Part shown: piece by piece, positions 9,805 to 18,657 of the stretch
How the letters are laid out: each line of letters opens with the position of its first letter
Numbering within the stretch: position 1 is the first letter of the stretch
Origin: an uncultured Phycisphaeraceae bacterium
GTDB taxonomy: Bacteria; Planctomycetota; Phycisphaerae; Phycisphaerales; Phycisphaeraceae
DNA: 64,000 bases
Assembly (NCBI GenBank): GCA_964426135.1
Contig: CAYRPN010000018.1
Coordinates: 65 to 64,064, forward strand
Direction of reading: 5' to 3'
Made by a program: the position numbers and the translations under genes
Notes under the pieces: model-generated
What the model was told of the DNA's origin: nothing
Seen by the model: only the letters and a program-made list of their open reading frames with translations
Database searches by the model: none

Positions 9805-10716
9805 TCACGCATCGAACCGGAACGCCCCCAGTTTCTCAATCGCCTTGGCGAGCGCTTGCGTGCCGAGTTTGCCGCCGTCGTGCGTCGCGTCCGCCTTGAC
9901 CGCGCGGAACAGCGATTCCGTCAGCGCCGTGGCGGGCAGCGGCAGCGCCACAGCGCCCGCCGCGTCGTGGACGATGTTCAGATCCTTGAGCACCAGGTCG
10001 ATCATGAAGCCCGGCGCGAAGTTGCCGTCGGCGATCTTGGGCCCAAGCGTGCCCAGTTGCCACGACGCGCCGGCTCCGCCGTTGACCACCTCGATCATTT
10101 TCTTCACATCCAGCCCGCTCTTTTTCGCCAGCGCCATCGCCTCGCACACGCCCAGCAGCGTGACGACGACCGCGACCTGATTGCATGCCTTGCACACCTG
10201 CCCCATGCCGGCGGGGCCCATGTGGCGGATCGTCTTGCCCATCGCGTTAAACAGCGGCAGGCAGCGCTCGAATGTCACCATCTCGCCGCCCACCATGATG
10301 CAGAGCGTGGCGTTGCGGGCGCCGACATCGCCGCCGGAGACCGGGGCATCAAGAAAGCCGATGCGTCTGGACGCCAGTTCCGCGGCGAAGCGCTGCGTCG
10401 CGGCGGGATTGATGGTGGAGTGATCGATGACGACGGTGCCCGGTTGCGCGCCGCCGGGCGAGGCGACGCCGCGCGGGCCGAAGATCACCGCCTCGACATC
10501 CGGCGTGTCGCTGACATTCACGCACACGGCCTCGCTGGCGGCGGCGACCTGGGCGGGTGAGTCGGCGACCGTCGCGCCGAGCTTCGCCAGTTCATCGCAC
10601 TTGCTCGCGGTGCGGTTCCACACCGTCAGCGCGAAGCCCGCCTTGATGAGATTGGCGGCCATGGACCGGCCCATGATGCCAAGGCCGACGTAGCCGACAC
10701 GCGTGATCGGTTGCAT
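9805..10716 (-). CDS. NAD(P)-dependent 3-hydroxyisobutyrate / tartronate-semialdehyde reductase family oxidoreductase
   Basis: ATG start. The Rossmann motif VGYVGLGIMGRSMAANL and ~300 aa length match the HIBADH family. Confidence 0.85.
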   Translation of the reverse strand: MQPITRVGYVGLGIMGRSMAANLIKAGFALTVWNRTASKCDELAKLGATVADSPAQVAAASEAVCVNVSDTPDVEAVIFGPRGVASPGGAQPGTVVIDHSTINPAATQRFAAELASRRIGFLDAPVSGGDVGARNATLCIMVGGEMVTFERCLPLFNAMGKTIRHMGPAGMGQVCKACNQVAVVVTLLGVCEAMALAKKSGLDVKKMIEVVNGGAGASWQLGTLGPKIADGNFAPGFMIDLVLKDLNIVHDAAGAVALPLPATALTESLFRAVKADATHDGGKLGTQALAKAIEKLGAFRFDA

Positions 10717-10734
10717 GGAGTGCTCGGGGGAAAA

Positions 10735-11010
10735 GGGTTTAGGGTTTAGGGTTTAGGGTCTAGGGTGTAGGGATTGCGGGATTCGCTTGCGCGCATGGCC
10801 TGTCGGTGTCAGACCAAACAAGTCAAAATAGCGAATGCAAAATGCAAAATGCAAAAGTCAGAGCAAAGCCACAACGCAACGTTGTCTGACTTTTGCATTT
10901 TGCATTTTGCATTGACTATTCCGACTTCCTCCGGATCGCCACGCTCAGGACAAAAGGCGACGATCAGAAAACCCCGCACCCTACACCCTACACCCTAAAC
11001 CCTAAACCCT
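10735..11010. repeat. Nested foldback: outer (TTTAGGG)n-like arms, inner (AATGCAA)n hairpin
   Basis: The outer G-strand at 10735..10772 (GGGTTTAGGGTTTAGGGTTTAGGGTCTAGGGTGTAGGG) pairs with the C-strand at 10977..11010. The inner hairpin arms are at 10833..10863 and 10886..10914. Confidence 0.85.
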
Positions 11011-12137
11011 CAGAACCTCACCCGCACGCCGAACGTCAGCGCCCCGAACGCATGCGTGCCGTTCTGGCCTTCGAACTGTCGGCTGAGCACGGTCTGCGAA
11101 TAGGTCGCGTGCAGGTCGAAGCAATCCGCCCGCCACGCGATGCCGATGCCCGCCTGCGCTTCGCCGACGAAAGTTTCCGCCTCGGCGCCGCGGCTTTTTT
11201 CGAAGTTGCTGCCTTCGATGAACATGTCGTGCTCGACGATCCGCCCACCGATCCGCGCGAAGCCATACACCGTCAGCGCCCCTGGCTGGCCAAAACCATT
11301 GGCGGTCAGGTCGGCGATGCGGCTGGGGCCGAAGTCGTCCGGCAAGTTCCAGCCGACGCGCACCAGCGCACCGCCTTCCAGATGCCGCTGCGCCAAACCC
11401 AGCGCCAGGCCCACCTGCGGAATCACCTGGAATTGCAGGGGATTGGCAGCACTTTCGCCGGCGGGCGTCGCCATTGGCGCAGGCGCGACGAAGCCCTGGC
11501 CGGTCCATGTCGGATACGCGGGCTTGTCGCCGAACTTCCATTTCTTGCGGAAGTAAAACTGGATCACCGGCTCGTCGCCCAACTGCGTGTCCCAGCCCTG
11601 CGGGTCCGGCTCATCGAAAAAATCATGCACGCCCGCCTGGATGTCGTCGGCGTACGACGATGGGCCGACCACGCCGGCGTTCACCTCGACATGGTCGAGC
11701 GTGTCCGCATTGGATCGCTCCCAGAAACCAGCGAGATACAGGTAGCCGGAGTAGGGATGATCGTTCAGCGGCGGATTGGCCTGCGTGATGTCGTTGGCGG
11801 TGTTGATGTGATGGCCCAGCGCGATGCCGAAGGCGCGGTGGCCGGCGGTGAAATCATCGAACGCCGGCAGGAGGTCGATCAGCTGCGCCGGCTCGGTGTC
11901 GCGCAGCGTGAAGCTGGCGACGAAGCCGTTGGTGTAGTAGCGATCGGTGTTGTGGTTGGGCTTGAGCACGGTGCCGTCGTTTTCCCAGTGCAGCGTGAGC
12001 AGCCAGAGCGTGTTCTCCGGCTTCTTCGATGCGACAGCCGGCGCGACATCCTCGGCCGCGGCGACGCCTGAAAGCAGCAACGTGACCATTCCGATTTGTT
12101 TCAGCACAGCAGCACCTCCAGATTCCCGGCGAAGCAT
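11010..12137 (-). CDS. Outer-membrane LpxR/DUF2219-like protein (putative lipid A deacylase family)
   Basis: Signal peptide. WENDGTV..NTDRYYTNGF resembles the END..DR.YT.G N-terminal signature I associate with DUF2219. The C-terminus ..FGVRVRF ends in Phe, as beta-barrel OMPs do. An alternative ATG lies at 12089. Confidence 0.5.
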   Translation of the reverse strand: MLRRESGGAAVLKQIGMVTLLLSGVAAAEDVAPAVASKKPENTLWLLTLHWENDGTVLKPNHNTDRYYTNGFVASFTLRDTEPAQLIDLLPAFDDFTAGHRAFGIALGHHINTANDITQANPPLNDHPYSGYLYLAGFWERSNADTLDHVEVNAGVVGPSSYADDIQAGVHDFFDEPDPQGWDTQLGDEPVIQFYFRKKWKFGDKPAYPTWTGQGFVAPAPMATPAGESAANPLQFQVIPQVGLALGLAQRHLEGGALVRVGWNLPDDFGPSRIADLTANGFGQPGALTVYGFARIGGRIVEHDMFIEGSNFEKSRGAEAETFVGEAQAGIGIAWRADCFDLHATYSQTVLSRQFEGQNGTHAFGALTFGVRVRF

Positions 12138-12197
12138 AGCAGACGCGCGCGAGACACGCGGATCGAGCGGCGTCCGCAGCGACAGCGCTGGAGCTCG

Positions 12198-12291
12198 ATA
12201 GCCCCCGGCGGAAGCCGGGGGTTGTCGCCGAACAACACTACGATTTCCGCATGGACGTCAGAGGCAACCCCCGGCTCCCGCCGGGGGCTAT
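12198..12291. repeat. REP-C-like palindrome pair (AGCCCCCGGCGGAAGCCGGGGGTT ... AACCCCCGGCTCCCGCCGGGGGCT)
   Basis: Inverted, self-complementary GC-rich units seen directly. Confidence 0.8.
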
Positions 12292-12348
12292 GGCGGGTGA
12301 CGCTGTCGCTTTGGGGAAAGAAGTACGACTCCAAATCGGGCATTCGTC

Positions 12349-13611
12349 CTACGAAGCAACAGCAGCAACAACATCGACCAACTGCCCCGGCGCATCATTC
12401 CGCAACACCTGCTCCAGCGCATCGACTTCGTTCGTCGGATCGAATCGAACATGCATCAGCGCCGCCAACTGACCGGCCGCCAGCGTGCCGCGACGATCGT
12501 GCCCCAGACTCAGCGCCATCGCGCCGTTGATCGTGGCCATTTTCAATAGCGTCCGCGGATCAGTCCGGTCCCGGCGAAACAGGTGCCGCATCTGCGGCAG
12601 GATGCCCAGCGGCTGCGGCTCATACGCGGGCTGGCAGATGATCGAGTCGGTCCCGAGGCAGACATTGATCCCCGCCGCGAGCATGTCGCGGTAGCGGTGA
12701 TCGCGATGGCCGAAGTAGTCGGATGCGATGGGGCAATACGCAACGGCGTGGCGGGTCTGCCGGAGCAGATCGAGATCGGCATCGCTGGTGTAGTTGCAGT
12801 GGGCGAGCACCCAGGGCTCGCAGCTTTGCTCGTGGGCGAGGTTGGTCAGGAAGTGCGAGATCGGCGATGTGTTCGTCGGCTGAATCGTCTCGTCCCATTT
12901 GCCCAGTCGCTTCAGCAGTTCCGCGAACGGCCCGGTCGCAGCGCGGACGAACATCGCCTCCTCCGGCGTCTCCGCCAGGTGCGTGCTGGGTATGCCGAAC
13001 CATGGATCATTCGCAAAACGGTAGACCTCCGCGCCGGCTGAGTACGGAGCGTGCGGCTGCAGGCCGATCTTGATCGTGCGCGGCAGGTTCGCTTTCGTCT
13101 GCTCCTCCAGGAGCGACATCTGCATCGCCCACGCGCGGCGGGCCGCATCCTGACCGGCCTTGCCGATGCCGAAGCACTCCAGCCAGCAAGTGCCCGCCAG
13201 CCACAGCGCCGGCTCGGCGAACATCCTCGCCCGCGCCGCAGCCGGGCTGCCCGCGATATCGCCGACGCAGTCCACGCCGGCTTCCTTCGATATTTTTAAT
13301 CCGTGCCGCAGCGCACTCGTGATGGCCGCATCGTCGCGCGGGCGCTGGCGAATCACCATCTCGATCCAGCCGATGAAATCGCCTTCGTACGGTTGGCGGG
13401 CAATGTCAGTCAGGTCGAGGTGTGCATGGGCATTGACCATCGCCGGCATCACCACGCTGTCGCGAAGATCAACCACGCGGTCCGGTGTGCCGACGATTTT
13501 TCGCACATCGCGTTCCTCGCCCACCGCCACGATGTGGCCGTCGCGCACGGCCAGTGCGCCTGGCCGAGCGCGGACATCGGCGGCGTCGAGAACCGCACCG
13601 GCGCGAATCAG
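12349..13611 (-). CDS. Amidohydrolase superfamily protein (chlorohydrolase/deaminase-like); start uncertain
   Basis: Metal-binding NAHAHLDL, HLAETPEE, HCNY and GTDS motifs are present. There is no ATG near the conserved N-terminus, so I place a tentative CTG start at 13611 (..LIRAGAVLDAADV). The ORF's upstream 96 codons translate tandem-repeat and REP DNA. Confidence 0.7.
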   Translation of the reverse strand: MIRAGAVLDAADVRARPGALAVRDGHIVAVGEERDVRKIVGTPDRVVDLRDSVVMPAMVNAHAHLDLTDIARQPYEGDFIGWIEMVIRQRPRDDAAITSALRHGLKISKEAGVDCVGDIAGSPAAARARMFAEPALWLAGTCWLECFGIGKAGQDAARRAWAMQMSLLEEQTKANLPRTIKIGLQPHAPYSAGAEVYRFANDPWFGIPSTHLAETPEEAMFVRAATGPFAELLKRLGKWDETIQPTNTSPISHFLTNLAHEQSCEPWVLAHCNYTSDADLDLLRQTRHAVAYCPIASDYFGHRDHRYRDMLAAGINVCLGTDSIICQPAYEPQPLGILPQMRHLFRRDRTDPRTLLKMATINGAMALSLGHDRRGTLAAGQLAALMHVRFDPTNEVDALEQVLRNDAPGQLVDVVAAVAS

Positions 13612-13616
13612 GATGA

Positions 13617-14019
13617 GCGGGGAAGGAGGCAAGGGGAGGGGAAGGGGGAAGCGGGAAGGAGGTAGAGAAGGTAGAGGAGGTAGAGAATACTCGAACGTGC
13701 GCGGTCGCCGTTTAGCGACGCGGCTTGCCGCGCTTCGGCGCGAGCGAATCAAGCAAATAGTAGACGTTTTCGACGGCAGACATCCGTCGATAGAATTGAA
13801 TCCAGGTGTTCTTCGCACCGATGGCGATGCGCCGATCACGAAGCGCGGCCGGCGAATCGCCGATGTGGGACGACTCGCTCGCCGCCGCAGGCGCGGCAAG
13901 CCGCGTCGCTAAACGGCGAGCCCGCGCATCCGAATATTCTTTAACTTCTTCTCCTCCTTTACCTCCTCTGCCTCCTCTACCTTCTCTACCTCCTCTACCT
14001 CCTTCTCTCCCCTTCCCCC
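13617..14019. repeat. 403-bp foldback / MITE-like element with ~95-bp terminal inverted repeats
   Basis: The left end is (GGTAGAGAA/GGAGG)n..TCGCCGTTTAGCGACGCGGCTTGCCGCG. The right end is its reverse complement, CGCGGCAAGCCGCGTCGCTAAACGGCGA..(CCTCCTCTACC)n. The element fills the divergent amidohydrolase/moaC spacer exactly. Confidence 0.8.
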
Positions 14020-14478
14020 ATGCCCGACCTCACCCATCTCGATTCGCAAGGCCAAGCCCACATGGTGGATGTGGGGCACAAGCCGGTCGTTCGCCGCACC
14101 GCCGTCGCCGCCGGTGATTTCGTGGCGGCCAAGGCGACGTTGGATCGGCTGCTCGCCGGCAATCTGCCCAAGGGTGAAGCGCTGGCGGTCGCGCGCATCG
14201 CAGGCATCGCCGCGGCCAAGCGAACCGACGAACTGATCCCGCTGTGTCATTCGCTGCCGCTGGATCAGGTGTCGGTGGATTTCGCACGTGTTGCCGACGA
14301 TCGCCTGCGCGTCACCGCCAGCGCATCGGTCAGCGCGAAGACCGGCGTGGAAATGGAAGCGCTCACCGCGGTGACGATCGCGTGCCTGACGCTCTACGAC
14401 ATGACGAAGGCGATCGACAAGGCGCTGCGCATCGAGGGCGTGCATCTGGTGAAAAAGACAAAAGAGAATGCCGTTTAG
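14020..14478 (+). CDS. moaC: Cyclic pyranopterin monophosphate synthase MoaC
   Basis: ATG start. ..LTHLDSQGQAHMVDVGHKP.., ..LIPLCHSLPL.., ..TGVEMEALTAV..LTLYDM.. are MoaC hallmarks. Confidence 0.9.
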   Translation: MPDLTHLDSQGQAHMVDVGHKPVVRRTAVAAGDFVAAKATLDRLLAGNLPKGEALAVARIAGIAAAKRTDELIPLCHSLPLDQVSVDFARVADDRLRVTASASVSAKTGVEMEALTAVTIACLTLYDMTKAIDKALRIEGVHLVKKTKENAV

Positions 14479-14550
14479 CGGTCGGGCCGAAGGCTCGGCG
14501 AAGGCCCACCTGTGGATTTCGGTCGGCGTGAGATTTGAATCGGCGTCGGC

Positions 14551-14677
14551 GTAGGGTGCGTCAAGGCTCGGCGCGGACGCACCGCAGTCGACGGATGCGC
14601 GCCGCAGTCTACGAAGACGCACCGCAGTCGACGGAGACGCAACAAGGTGCGTCCGCGCGGACTTGACGCACCCTACG
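14551..14677. repeat. REP-B palindrome pair (GTAGGGTGCGTCAAGGCTCGGCGCGGACGCACC ... GGTGCGTCCGCGCGGACTTGACGCACCCTAC)
   Basis: Inverted arms with internal CGCAGTCGACGGA direct repeats. A second copy lies at 26934..27020. Confidence 0.85.
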
Positions 14678-14721
14678 GCGAGACCGTGCGACCGTCAGTC
14701 ATCGGCGATTCCACGCTCGCC

Positions 14722-15363
14722 TCACCCTTCCCCTGCGCCATCCAGCTTCAATGCCACAATCACCCGCTCCACTGTTTCCTCGTCGTACCCGCGCCGCGCC
14801 AGCAGGCCCGCCAGCTTCCGGCCCCGGCTCGGCGGCGGCACGCGGCGCAGGCGCACCAGGCGCTGTTTCGCCAGGTGCAGCGCGTCCTCGAAACTGCTGG
14901 ATGCGGAATGCTCGCTGACCAGCTTGTCGATCAGCTTCTTGCCCAGCCCGCGCTCGCGCAGCTTCTGGCGGAGCAGGCGCGGGCCCGCGGACTTGTTGCG
15001 GATCAACTCGTCGATGAGCTGTCCGCCCAGCGCTTCATCATCCACCGCGCCGATGCCGCGAAGGCGCACCAACGCCCGGCCGATCAGTTCATCATCGATG
15101 CCCTCCTCGCGAAGTCGGGCGGTGAGCTGTGCTTCGGAGAGCGGCTTGCGGTTGATGAGCTTCAGGGCCTTCTTCATCGCTCCGTCGAACGCGGCGGCAT
15201 CTTCGACGCGCTGGCTGAGCGTTTCGGTCCATGCCAGATCGAGTTCGAGCCGCAGCGCTTCGACCTGCTGGCGTGAAAGGGTGGCGACGGATTTGCCGTC
15301 GACCTTGATGATGCGTCGGGTGGGATCGCTGCGACTGTGGGAGATGGCGGTAATTCGTTCCAT
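14722..15363 (-). CDS. recX: Regulatory protein RecX
   Basis: Trimmed to the ATG at 15361-15363 (MERITAISHS..). The repeated three-helix modules (..KALKLINRKPLSEAQLTARLREEGIDDELI.., ..GPRLLRQKLRERGL.., ..LLARRGYDEETV..) are typical of RecX. Confidence 0.75.
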   Translation of the reverse strand: MERITAISHSRSDPTRRIIKVDGKSVATLSRQQVEALRLELDLAWTETLSQRVEDAAAFDGAMKKALKLINRKPLSEAQLTARLREEGIDDELIGRALVRLRGIGAVDDEALGGQLIDELIRNKSAGPRLLRQKLRERGLGKKLIDKLVSEHSASSSFEDALHLAKQRLVRLRRVPPPSRGRKLAGLLARRGYDEETVERVIVALKLDGAGEG

Positions 15364-15372
15364 GGAGCGGGG

Positions 15373-15484
15373 CGAGGGACCGAGGGACCGAGGGACGAAG
15401 GGACGGAGGGACGGAGGGACGGAGGGACGGAGGGACGGAGGGACCAAGGGACGGAGGGACCAAGGGACCAAGGGACGGAGGGAC
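15373..15484. repeat. Tandem 9-nt repeat (GGGACNRAG) x ~12
   Basis: Direct reading. It abuts the recX start codon, so the mRNA-sense strand is C/U-rich. Confidence 0.9.
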
Positions 15485-15486
15485 AA

Positions 15487-15665
15487 GGCAAATGTCTAGT
15501 GTTTAGTGTCTAGTGTCGAATATCTAATCGCGAAGCAATCAAACGTCGCGTGATCGCCATTTGGGATTCGCCATTCAACATTCGATACTCGACATTCGAC
15601 ATTCGACATTTGCCTTTTGGTGGGCAGTGCCCACCCTACACCCTACACCCTAAACCCTAAACCCT
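15487..15665. repeat. Foldback (GGCAAATGTC..tandem TAGTGT/GAATGT units..GACATTTGCC) plus REP-A unit plus (CCCTAAA)n-like tract
   Basis: The foldback arms end at 15487 and 15614. REP-A sits at 15619..15639 and CCCTACACCCTACACCCTAAACCCTAAACCC at 15631..15665. Confidence 0.75.
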
Positions 15666-16531
15666 TTCTTCTTCAACCCATCATGCACGCTCATCGGCAC
15701 GCGCTGGCTGCCGAGCGCGACGGTTTTCCGCGTGCCATGATAATCACTGCCGCCGCTGGGCGTCAGCGCCAGTTTCGCCGCCAGTGCTTCGTATTTCTGC
15801 ACCAGCGCCGGCGTGTGGTCGCTGTGGCGGGTTTCCATGGCGTCGAGGCCCACATCGATCAGGCGGCGCACGGTGTATTCCAGTTCGTCGTCGCTTTGGC
15901 AACCCAGTTGCACCGGATGTGCCAGCACCGCGACGCCGCCGGCGCTGTGGATGGCGGCGATGGCGTCGCGCGGGTTCAGCCGATCGCGCCGGACATACGC
16001 GGCGCCGCGCGAGCCGATGTAGCGGTTGAACGCGTCCTGCATGCTCTTGACGTAACCCCGGGCAATGAGCACCTGCCCGATGTGCGGCCGACCCACGCTG
16101 GCGGTGCCTTCCTTGGCGGCGAGCGCCAGCACCTCGTCGTAATCGATGTTCACGCCCAGCGCCCGCAGCTTCGCGACGATGGCGGGATTGCGCTGCTCGC
16201 GGGCCCGCTGCATGTTTCGGCTGATCTCCTGCAGCGCTTCGTTCCCCGCATCCACGAACAGGCCCAGGATATGCAGCGTGCCCGATTGCCGCGGGTTGCC
16301 TTCGTCGTCGACCGGCTTGACCGCGGAAGGATCCGCGGAGACCTCGATGCCCGGGACGAACGTGATGCCCGCCGCGCGGCAACCTTCCGCCGCCTCGGCG
16401 AGGCCGGCGGTCGTGTCGTGATCGGTCAGAGCGATGGCGCTGACGCCGGCGGCGCGAGCCAGCGCGGCAAGATCGCGCGGAGCATCGGTGCCGTCGGACG
16501 CGGTGGAGTGCATGTGCAGATCGCAGAACAC
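15650..16531 (-). CDS. PHP-domain phosphoesterase (TrpH/YciV-like)
   Basis: The conserved N-terminus (V)FCDLHMHSTASDGT.. and ..IALTDHDTTAG.. are present. I place the start at the GTG at 16529-16531, because the longer ORF (to 16699) translates REP-C DNA. Confidence 0.75.
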   Translation of the reverse strand: MFCDLHMHSTASDGTDAPRDLAALARAAGVSAIALTDHDTTAGLAEAAEGCRAAGITFVPGIEVSADPSAVKPVDDEGNPRQSGTLHILGLFVDAGNEALQEISRNMQRAREQRNPAIVAKLRALGVNIDYDEVLALAAKEGTASVGRPHIGQVLIARGYVKSMQDAFNRYIGSRGAAYVRRDRLNPRDAIAAIHSAGGVAVLAHPVQLGCQSDDELEYTVRRLIDVGLDAMETRHSDHTPALVQKYEALAAKLALTPSGGSDYHGTRKTVALGSQRVPMSVHDGLKKKGFRV

Positions 16532-16592
16532 GCGGGAATGATAGTGGTGCGCACGGCGAGGGGCGACAGCGCTCCAATCGCGATGCCTTGCC

Positions 16593-16743
16593 GTTAGCCC
16601 CCGGCTCCGCCGGGGGAAACGGAATAGAGGAAGCGGGTCATCCCGCACGGCAGCGTCCGCATCTCCATCCGCATCTTTGCGGTCATCAAACGCGTGCATG
16701 GCGCGCCGCTCTCGGTCGTCCCCCGGCGGAGCCGGGGGCTAAC
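16593..16743. repeat. REP-C palindrome pair (GTTAGCCCCCGGCTCCGCCGGGGG ... CCCCCGGCGGAGCCGGGGGCTAAC)
   Basis: Arms at 16593..16616 and 16720..16743. The same pair recurs at 19258..19397. Confidence 0.85.
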
Positions 16744-16768
16744 GGCGCGATGCCTCGCCGCCAATCCA

Positions 16769-17905
16769 TCACACCACGCGGCCGCGGGCATCGACGCGCA
16801 GCGGCACCGGTTCCTGTCCCGGCTCGCGCCACCAGATTTGATCCTGCAGATTCACGCACACGCAGATGTGATTTGGAATCACGGTGACCCGCTCGCCCAC
16901 TTTCGGGGCGCGGTCGCAGGCGGAAAGATCGACCTGCCCGTGCTCTTCAGTGAGCTTGGTGATCTTCGCCTGCGGGTACTGAATGATGTGGCCGTGGCCG
17001 CTGTCGGGAGCGACGGCGTTGCGATCGCTGGACAGTGTCTTGCTTCCGGCATCGATGACGACCTGGCCCGGCACGGCATCGCTGACGACGGTGCATTCGA
17101 TGGTGGCGGCGACATCGTCGAACGTGCAGTACCCGCCGCGGACGCTGTTGAGGTCGTAGAAGATGTAAGTGCCGGGGCGAATCTCGGTGCCGCGCGTGAC
17201 CAGGTGGGACTGGAACGCGCTGGGCGTGGAGCCGCCGGTGACGATTGGCGCGGCGAGTCCCTGCTTTTTCCAGAGGTCGATCGTTTCACCGAGGATCGCG
17301 TCGACGCCGCGCAGCGCCTCGGCCTGCGTTTCAGGGCGGGACCAGATGAAGCCGGGGTAGTACATGATGCCGTCGAGGCGGACGGGCGCCGGTGCGCGGA
17401 CGGGCGGGGCCACTTCAAGCGGCCCCGCCGCGTGCGAGAGTTTGTCGATTTCCTGCGCGAGCTTGAGCGCCGCCTGCGGACCCTGCACGCCGGTGCGATG
17501 CAGACCCACATCGATATCCACGAGCAGGCCGATCGTGCTGCCTGCGGCGCGGGCGGCGGCGGCGAGGGTTTGCGCGGCAGTCAGCGAGTCGACGCCCACG
17601 CGGATTTTTTTCGTCCGCGCCAACGTCGCCAGCATGGTCGCCCGCGCTGCGTCGGCGATCGGGTACGCCACGAGAATGTCATCGCCCGCCTCGGCCATGA
17701 CCTGCGCTTCGCCGGCTTTGGCGACGGTCAGGCCCATCGCGCCGCCCTCGTTCAGTTGCATGCGGGCGAGCTTGATCGATTTGTGCGTCTTGGTGTGCGG
17801 GCGGAGTTTCAGGTCATGCGCGCGGGCGTACTCGCCGAGGCGGCGCAGGTTTCGCCGCACCTTGTCGGCGTCGATCACGAGGCTGGGGGTGGGAAGTGGT
17901 TGCAT
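16769..17905 (-). CDS. D-threonine aldolase / D-serine dehydratase-like PLP enzyme (alanine racemase N-terminal fold)
   Basis: ATG start. ..PSLVIDADKVRRNL.., ..LRPHTKTHKS.. (PLP-lysine context) and ~378 aa length fit this family. Confidence 0.8.
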   Translation of the reverse strand: MQPLPTPSLVIDADKVRRNLRRLGEYARAHDLKLRPHTKTHKSIKLARMQLNEGGAMGLTVAKAGEAQVMAEAGDDILVAYPIADAARATMLATLARTKKIRVGVDSLTAAQTLAAAARAAGSTIGLLVDIDVGLHRTGVQGPQAALKLAQEIDKLSHAAGPLEVAPPVRAPAPVRLDGIMYYPGFIWSRPETQAEALRGVDAILGETIDLWKKQGLAAPIVTGGSTPSAFQSHLVTRGTEIRPGTYIFYDLNSVRGGYCTFDDVAATIECTVVSDAVPGQVVIDAGSKTLSSDRNAVAPDSGHGHIIQYPQAKITKLTEEHGQVDLSACDRAPKVGERVTVIPNHICVCVNLQDQIWWREPGQEPVPLRVDARGRVV

Positions 17906-17927
17906 GATTTTGCAGTGGAATCCCGCC

Positions 17928-18150
17928 CTTCGGGCGGGCGCTAAACGGGGGATGATGCGTCGTGCGAAACGGCAGCGCGTGTCGCGCTTCGGGCGGGCGC
18001 TAAACGGGGGATGGCGCGTCGTGCGGAACGGCAGCGCGTGTCGCGCTTCGGGCGGGCGCTAAATGGGGGATGGCGCGTCGTGCGAAACTGGCAGCGCGTA
18101 TTGCGCTGGTTTTGGCGATAACGGGCGGCGCGTGTTGCGCTGGTTTTGGC
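17928..18150. repeat. Tandem repeat: 3 x 59 bp (starts 17928, 17987, 18046), followed by 2 x ~34-bp degenerate units
   Basis: The unit is CTTCGGGCGGGCGCTAAACGGGGGATG(AT)GCGTCGTGCGAAACGGCAGCGCGTGTCGCG. Copies are contiguous, with no unique spacers. Confidence 0.9.
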
Positions 18151-18214
18151 GCGGCACGGTGAAGCGCGATGGATCGTAACACGCGGCGCGAGTCCGGTGC
18201 TCGCTCCGCGCAAC

Positions 18215-18240
18215 GAAAAAACCCACCCTCGCGGGTGGGT
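18215..18240 (-). terminator. Intrinsic terminator downstream of the erpA-like gene
   Basis: On the minus strand, ACCCACCC-GCGA-GGGTGGGT is followed by TTTTTT. Confidence 0.7.
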
Positions 18241-18312
18241 TTGTGAATGGCATGTGATCGCAATCGTTGCCTGTTCTACAGACCACCGGTTGAACACCGG
18301 TCCTGCGCACGC

Positions 18313-18657
18313 TCACGCGCTGAACGATGAACCGCAACCGCACGAGCTGGTGGCGTTGGGGTTGTTGAACACAAAGCCCCGGCCCATGACTTCGTCGCGG
18401 AAGTCGATCGTGACGCCGTCGAGGTACAGGTGGCTCTTGGGATCGCAGACGACGGTGACGCCGTGCTGATCGAAGCGCTCAAAGGCGTTGTCGTCGGCTT
18501 CGGTGAGGTCGAGGATGTACGAGAACCCGGAGCAGCCGCCGCCCTTGACGCCGACGCGCAGACGGACCTTGCTCGGATCGAGTCCGCCGTCCTTGGCCTG
18601 GTCGTCAATGATGGACTTGATTTCCTTGGCAGCAACTTCAGTCAGAAAAATGGCCAT
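18313..18657 (-). CDS. erpA: Iron-sulfur cluster insertion protein (ErpA/IscA/HesB family)
   Basis: Trimmed to the ATG (MAIFLTEVAAKEI..). ..RVGVKGGGCSGFSY.. and the C-terminal ..SCGCGSSF are the three conserved Cys ligand contexts. Confidence 0.85.
   Translation of the reverse strand: MAIFLTEVAAKEIKSIIDDQAKDGGLDPSKVRLRVGVKGGGCSGFSYILDLTEADDNAFERFDQHGVTVVCDPKSHLYLDGVTIDFRDEVMGRGFVFNNPNATSSCGCGSSFSA

Noticed and set aside
10735-11010. (TTTAGGG)n arrays read as genuine telomeres or chromosome ends.
   Set aside because: The arrays are short (3-5 units), internal, paired in inverted orientation around a hairpin, and embedded between ordinary genes. They behave like the other foldback arms, not like replicon termini.
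17928-18150. A regularly spaced 59-bp repeat that could be mistaken for a CRISPR array.
   Set aside because: The units are directly contiguous with no unique spacers. There are only three copies, and no cas genes or leader are present. It is a plain tandem repeat.
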